Below, piece by piece: positions 55,589-64,000 of a stretch of DNA of 64,000 nt. The DNA comes from Eledone cirrhosa (Eukaryota), in NCBI GenBank assembly GCA_964016885.1, contig OZ024743.1, positions 349,370,001 through 349,434,000 on the forward strand, read 5' to 3'. Position 1 is the stretch's first letter. Every line of letters starts with the position of its first letter. The position numbers and the translations under genes are program-made. Under the pieces are notes generated by a model that had not been told where the DNA came from, ran no database searches, and saw nothing but the letters and a program-made list of their open reading frames with translations.

Positions 55589-56327
55589 TATACATTAAAA
55601 TTATCTTCCAAAAGAAGCACTAACAATATGGGAATTATTACTTTCACTGCAAGGTTATTACTACGGTGGGTAGACCTTAGAAGACCAAATATTGCATGTT
55701 TGTTGAGGTCGATTGGTGATATAGCCTCAAAGAATCTTCTTCGATCAATTACGGGTGCTCATTTCTTCACTCCACAGTGCAATATGTAAATATGACATGT
55801 ATACACAAAGTGTATTTTCATATACACCGCCATACATCCTCGGTTAACCATGTGCAGTATAGGAATTGATATATATTTACCGCATATTTCAGCTGCTTAG
55901 TGCGTATTTGAATATAAAAATATATGGCGAGAAGATATGAAGTGTTCTCCCGTGTCAACTCATCAATATATGAAAAGGTATATATACTGACAATTTAATT
56001 GTAGAAAAATTGACTTCATAATACGATTCTAGCGGTTTCAACTCACGGTTAATACATTCACATTGCAAAAGAAAATGTACTGATTTTCTTCTATAGGTGC
56101 CATTAAATGTTCACAGATTCCTACATATATATATATATGTATAATAGGTTGACGGTGCTAGCATGGGTATCACTGATAGGACCGGTTGCATCTCAGCGTT
56201 CTCAATAGGTAATGTTAAATAAACTCCCCGACTATATACATAGTTATTCGCTTCGATACAGCGCACGTAAACGGGTACCTTCAATTGTTCTCGATATCAA
56301 CTCGAGTTTCAGCCACACTTAATGCAA

Positions 56328-56386
<59 letters not shown>

Positions 56387-56933
56387 TACATATAGTTGTA
56401 TGGTTGCATGAAAAATGCATCCGTATGTGGTATGCCGGTTGAGCACTCGATGCTCGCGCAGAGCAAAGTATAATACTATAATGATATAGAATTCATATTT
56501 AAGGATTCATATTTAATAACATATTACATATGTTATTAAATATGTTATGATGCAACACTGAATCTTTGTTTCTTATCCTTACAGTATATATATATATACA
56601 TATATATAGGAAACTGAAACCCGTAAATAGCATTAACAACAGACGATCATTACAAATAGCAGCTTAGAAGACTGTAGCGGTAGTGTGAATCGCCAGCAGC
56701 GGTAGGGTGAATCGAACTCTTGTTAGCCCTATGGCGGAAGTGACGAGGAACGTAGTTCCATTCCCCGTAGCGTATTCTGGACACTAATTTACGTCTGGAG
56801 ATTTATTTTGCCCAATGTTCTAAGCTACTATTTAGAGAGATCAGTTGTTACAGTTGTTTACTACGTTTGGGATTCCTACATTTTCACCCAGTGCCTCGAT
56901 AGTTTATAAATATCATATAATATGAGAGCGTGA

Positions 56934-56978
<45 letters not shown>

Positions 56979-56980
56979 GA

Positions 56981-57059
<79 letters not shown>

Positions 57060-58210
57060 TGGGGGGAGAATGAGATGCGGGGACACAGACGGTGAGTCAA
57101 TATAGGATATAATATATTTCACAATGTAAAATGATATTTTTTATCGAAATAAAGAGAGAAAATAACAAACAAACAAAAGAAAATGGTGGAACCATCTATA
57201 TTATCAACGGCATGAAAAGCACAAATAAATTGAGAAATTTGTTTGGGAGAGAAATAGAGTAAACAGTTTTGTTTTGTCTTTTAACTCATCTAGTTCAAAC
57301 TGATTTTAAACAGATCAAGAGGTGATAGGATGGTGTATGTCTAGGAGGATTATGTTTAGTATAAGAGAGAAGGGAAGGGAGGGATAGAGGAATAAAGACA
57401 GACAGAATAAAGGAAGACGGCAAAAAGAAAATATAATAGAAAGTTGACCAAATAGAAAATGGAAGAGAGAAATATAACTGCTGTAGGTGTAGAATTGAAG
57501 ACGGGGGACATTTGCAGTTGTGATAGCGTAAGGTTGTTGTTATTGTTGTTTCTGCGGCGGTGGCATTTATTAGAGTACAGAGTGATATAGTTTTATTTGT
57601 TGTTAGTGTTGGAGTGGTTGTTGTTATTGCTGTTGCTGGTTTAATGGCATTGTTCGTGGTTTTGTTGTGTTGGGTGTTACGTTTCTTGAATCTTGTTGCT
57701 GGTGATACTGGTGGTGGTGTAGGTGCTGTTGGTGCTGGTGTGGTGGTCGTCTTTTGTGGTGTTAGCGATGTTTGTAGTGTTTTGTTGGTGATGGTATTTG
57801 TAGCTGTGATGTTATTATTGTTGTTGTTGGCAGTGATAGGGGTGGTATTGGTGGATGCAGTATATGTGTTGTAGATGGTGGGGGTGTGTAATGAGGTAAT
57901 TAAGGGAGAGTTCCTGACAAGTCACACATGTTTTGCTGCTGATTGTCAGCTTTTGACTTCTGTTCGACGTCTGTCAGCAGATCTCCCACCAACAGGCCTG
58001 CTTCGTCATCATAGCCGTGTATGATGGCAGTGATGGTGGTGGTAAGGGGAAATTATATGAACACTTTGAGCAATCGTCAGTCAAAAGTTACATGTTCAGC
58101 GTGGTGGTCTTTAGCCTTTTCATCAACAATATTATCACAATTATCAGGACTTTTATCAACATTAATATCATCATCATTGTCGTTATCGACGTCGTTGTCA
58201 TCATTGGCAG

Positions 58211-58582
58211 TATTGGCAGTGTCGGACGCCATGCTTTGACGCATAGAGTTACGGCCCTTTCCATTCTGAGTTCAAATCCCGCCGAGGTTAACTTTGCCTT
58301 TCATCCTTACGGAGTCGATAAAATAAAGTACCAGTAATGCACTGGATATTTGCTGGCCTTGTGCCAAAAAGTAGAAACAATTATTATTTCAGGTCGGTGG
58401 ATTGGCAGTATCGGTAAAGCCTCAGACACCATGCTTTGCAGCATAGAGGTATGGCCCTTTACGTTCTGAGTTCAACTCGCGCCGAGGTTAACTTTGCCTT
58501 TCATCTTTACGGGATCGATAAAATAAAGCACCAGTAATGCACTGAGTGATTGCTGGCCTTGTGCCAAAAAGTAGAAACAATC
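58211..58582 (+). mobile_element. Two tandem SINE family S copies (58211-58388, 58391-58582)
   Basis: Both have the B box and central domain; the second ends in (CAT)n. Confidence 0.9.
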
Positions 58583-58727
58583 ATCATCATCATCATCATC
58601 ATCATCACGATCTCCATAATCATCATTATGTAATACACATGCGCCAGATAATATTAGTCAAATTCTAAAGTTCATTTTGTTTTGTTTTTTTTCCATTATT
58701 TATTTATTCATGAATATTTTTTTTATT

Positions 58728-59123
58728 TATAAGTATGTATACGTACATACATATATGTATACAGACGTACAGTAGTATGTATATATATATATATATATAT
58801 ATACATGCACACATATATATATGTACGTATGGATAGCTAACAAGCTTGAAACTAGTACAGCGTTCCTTTGTCAGTGTTGAACAAACGAGCAACGGTGGTT
58901 GCTGGACACTACGGCTTTATACGGGATGTTTGTTTACAAACACACCGAGCATTATAATAAATGTTTGGTGAATGCATACGTACATATATATATGTGTGCA
59001 TGTATGAATATATATATACATACTACTGTACGTCTGTATACATATATGTATGTACGTATACATACTTATATTTAAGTAACAGCCGTACTAAGAGTGGGAA
59101 ATGAAATTTCGTTTCATTTTTTC
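58728..59123. mobile_element. HHR-bearing family G, copy 1 (short inverted arm plus sense arm truncated inside the HHR)
   Basis: 58728-58830 inverts 58975-59070; sense arm starts gatagctaacaagcttgaaactagtaca. Confidence 0.8.
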
Positions 59124-59208
59124 CGTTTTTTTTTTTTTTTTCCCTTTCTATGGCAATAATATTTAAGTGTAATGCACTCTCTGAACAGTTTTTTTCATTT
59201 AAATTTCC

Positions 59209-59397
59209 ATGGATTGGCAGTATCGGTAGAGAGTCGGAAACCATGCTTTGAAGCATAGAGTTACGTCCCTTTATGATCTGAGTTCAAATCCCGCCGAGGT
59301 TAACTTTGCCTTTCATCCTTACGGGTTCGATAAAATAATGTACCAGTAATGTACTGGGTAATTGCTGGCCTTGTGCCTAAAATGGAAACAATTATTA
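59209..59397 (+). mobile_element. SINE family S, full length
   Basis: A/B boxes and central domain as in the other copies. Confidence 0.9.
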
Positions 59398-60548
59398 TAC
59401 ATATGCATAACGTTAATACAATAGCTTCTCAGTCACTAGTGTTACAAGAGCTCAGAGCTCAGAGATTTGGGAGGAAAGTTTCTTTACATTTATTTACGAT
59501 TTAAAGAATTTATAATTTTTAAGAAGCTTAAAACAGTTATCAAATGAGGTGCTGATTACATTTGTATCAGAGTATTTAATTCAGTTCCCCTTAGTTCATG
59601 GGTTGTTAGTAGTTGTTTGGGGTTTTGTCAATCAGGGAGGGGAAGGTAGGTGTCCAAGACACTTTTTTGCATCCTGAAATTGTCCAAATAGTTACAGGAG
59701 TTGTGAAAAGTACAAAAGGTGGCCATAGGCAAGTGGTAGTGATAAGTGTAGTCACGGTTTAAGTGTACCAGCCGAGTCGGATATATATTGCTGTTTCAAA
59801 TGTTTGCAATTCATTGAAGTACATACATTTACACAGAAATCAGAATGCTGTGTTAAATGCAACAAGGTTTATTATGACTATTTCACTTTTGCCATATGAA
59901 ATGTGGACTTGAGAAGGTCCTGAAACTTAAATATCCATTTCCCCCAAAACACCATGCAAATATTAACATTCTTTCGTCCCTCCTACGCTAAACAACCCAA
60001 TTGTACTATTGCTCGTATTGCCGTGGTTTGTATAATATCGATTTTCAAGACACAACTGCGAAATTCGTTGTGTCTCTATGTTGAATTTTCTGCAAAATTA
60101 AGAAATATTTGGGAAATATAAAAATTCTAAGCTTTCGGCCAATAAAAACATATTCTCCCAAATTGCTAAATATTATAATGAAGCTATAGTCTTTTTTTGA
60201 CTGAAGCATTAGAACTAATAACTTCTAAAATTAGTCTTATCATCTCTAGAAATGAGATGATTTCTTATTGCCAACATAGAACCTTTCACCTTTTCCTTCA
60301 TAAAATCCTTGAACATGATTAATTATACCTGTTTAAATTTCAATTAATTGTTTTCCACTCTTAACGCATAGAATACCTGCCTCTAGGTTAGACAATATTA
60401 TAATATTAATTTTGATATCCATCTACATTAATTCCTCCTGTATTTGCTGAGGTTGGGTGTATGTTGATGTACATAACCTTAGAAATTCATAGCGAAGGCC
60501 CTCAAATATTTTTCATAAATATCCCGTATATTATTCAATATACAACGC

Positions 60549-61403
<855 letters not shown>

Positions 61404-61410
61404 CACAATA

Positions 61411-61812
61411 ATAAGTATGTATACGTACATACATATATATATACAGACGCACAGTAGTATATATGTATATACATACATGCACACATATATATATGTACGT
61501 ATGGATTTTACCGAACATTTATTATAATACTCGGTTTGTTTGTAAACAAACATCCCGAATTAAGCCGTACAGTGTTTAGCAACCATCGTTGCCCTTTTGT
61601 TCAACACTGACAAAGAACGATGTACTAGTTTCAAGCTTATTAGCTATCGTCAGCACCGTACACCTTCCTGCCAGATGATTGAACGTCCGTCTGAAAGTAT
61701 ATACTTTCCTCTACTGTGCGTCTGTATACATATATGTATGTACGTATACATACTTATATTTAAGTAGCAGCCGTACTAAGAGTGAGAAATGAAATTTCGT
61801 TTCATTTTTTCC
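61411..61812. mobile_element. HHR-bearing family G, copy 2 (long inverted arm plus short sense arm)
   Basis: Same outer ends as 58728-59123, core in opposite orientation. Confidence 0.8.
61617..61659 (-). ncRNA. Type I hammerhead ribozyme (family G)
   Basis: ACGGTG-CTGACGA-TAGCT-aata-AGCTT-GAAA-CTAG-TA-CATCGT. Confidence 0.8.
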
Positions 61813-62201
61813 ATTTATATATATAATTATTTAATGTATAATAAACAATACAATATAATTACCTCATTACCAAAGGTTTCCTGAATAAGAAGAATACAAG
61901 AAACGTCCGCATTCTTTCGTTTGACAAGGCAATTTAAAACATAGTGAAATATTTGTAAAATCTCCTCAAGAAAGGCTAAAATTTTAACGGGCAAAACATA
62001 AAAAAAGTAATAATACAAGAAATGTATAAAAGAGAAAAATAAAGAAATATAGTAAGGGCATGTGTGTAAATGTGTGTATATGCAGATACATATGTATATA
62101 TGTACATGTGTGTGTATATACAACTGCATGTGTATAGTGAAAAAAATGTGTGCGTAAGCAAATACATGAAGGCAAACATACTAGTGTATGTGTGACCACA
62201 A

Positions 62202-62276
<75 letters not shown>

Positions 62277-62369
62277 TTGAGTTTATGTTGGTTGTATACC
62301 AACACCTCAGTATGCAGGCTGGAGCACTCGACGAAGTGCGCAGGTTGGTTTGGTTACTCCGGAGTAGTG

Positions 62370-62911
<542 letters not shown>

Positions 62912-63329
62912 GAAAATAGAAATTGTAAGATAATGGAGTTAGCGTACATACAGACTTAGGGACTAAGGGCTGAAATATATACACATACAAGGATGAAAGG
63001 ACGCACGCGTATAAACATACACACACGCACAAACACATACATGTATGTGATATATACAGGGAAGGGAGTGTATAAAGTTAACGCAGTGTCAGAGGGAAGG
63101 TCGATACAAATATAAAATATGAGGAATAAATGTAATAATATATAATATAAGAATAAAAATAAAAAATTAAGGCAAAGAGAAAGTTTGTGGGAGGGGTTGT
63201 AATATATAAAGTAACACAAAAAAAATAAATAAAAAAGAATGAGATAGAAAGCTTTGATTTTCGAGGAACACTTTATCACGGACTCTACAGAATACATTGA
63301 TATCAAGTTTCATAAATACCCACAAAGGG

Positions 63330-64000
63330 TAAAAGACATGACCACTTTTGAACTAGACTTAGTTAATTTAATTAACCAAATCAAATTCCGTAAGTACTTC
63401 AACTTTTTTCAATTTTAACTCTCTAACGATATTTCAAAATTCAAATCTTCTAAAAATAAGTTTATTTTCTCCGATAAAACTAAAAACTTATACGAAGTTA
63501 ATAATAACTTACATGACCAACTCTTAATAGATAGCATCGCCCCTAAATACCAAATAGCTAACATAAACACCTATAATACTATTAATAAGGACGCCAAAGA
63601 ATTAGCTAGTCTTTTTTTAAAGAGACAATAGAACAGAAAAACTTGCAAAACTTAATGCCTATATGACTCTTAAAGATCACAAATCTGATTTTAATAATCG
63701 TCCCAGTTATAGATTAATCAACCCTGCTGAGACTGAAATCGGCCTTGCTAGCAAAAAATATTAAATAACATAAAGAAACATATTAGAAGTAAGTCAGAAT
63801 TACTCCAATGGATAAATAGATCTTCTGTAGTACATTGGTTTAAAAATATTAATTTGACATGGTAGACTTCTACCCGTCTATTACGAAAGCATTAAATTTT
63901 GATAAAAAGTTTATTAATATTTCTGATATTGAAGAGAATGTCATTGTGCATGCTAGAAATACTTTATTGTTTACTAATTATGATACTCGGGTAAAAAAAA
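63330..64000 (+). mobile_element. Decayed Penelope-like (Hydra-clade-like) RT, runs off window
   Basis: [61 protein letters not shown]; homologous to 49660-50345. Confidence 0.8.

Noticed and set aside
59560-60360. Faint GIY-YIG-like residues on the minus strand (NCKHLKQQYISDSAGTLK)
   Set aside because: Too degenerate to call without an alignment.

Overview
AT-rich, microsatellite-dense eukaryotic DNA. The SINE family and repeat content suggest a cephalopod such as Octopus, but that is inference. I found no host protein-coding exon; most ORF-track entries are translated microsatellites. The window is a collection of mobile elements. (1) A near-intact 5.9 kb Tx1-type (L1 clade) retrotransposon lies at 37644-43547 (-) with an uninterrupted 1138-aa ORF2. 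It sits in a (TAA)n tract that also holds two 5'-truncated R4/Dong-like elements. An older Tx1 relative at 18581-21965 also starts right after (TTA)n. (2) Fragments of RTE, CRE, Dong, Penelope-like (PLE), mariner and a probable non-autonomous Helitron are present. (3) There are at least 7 copies of a tRNA-derived SINE. (4) About ten apparently unrelated short non-coding families carry type I hammerhead ribozyme (HHR) cores (CUGANGA...GAAA). They are inserted next to (TA)n as long palindromes or circularly permuted tandem units, which is the architecture of PLE pseudo-LTRs and non-LTR retrozymes. The HHR/retrozyme-like system and the candidate (TTA)n-specific Tx1 are the most interesting signals.
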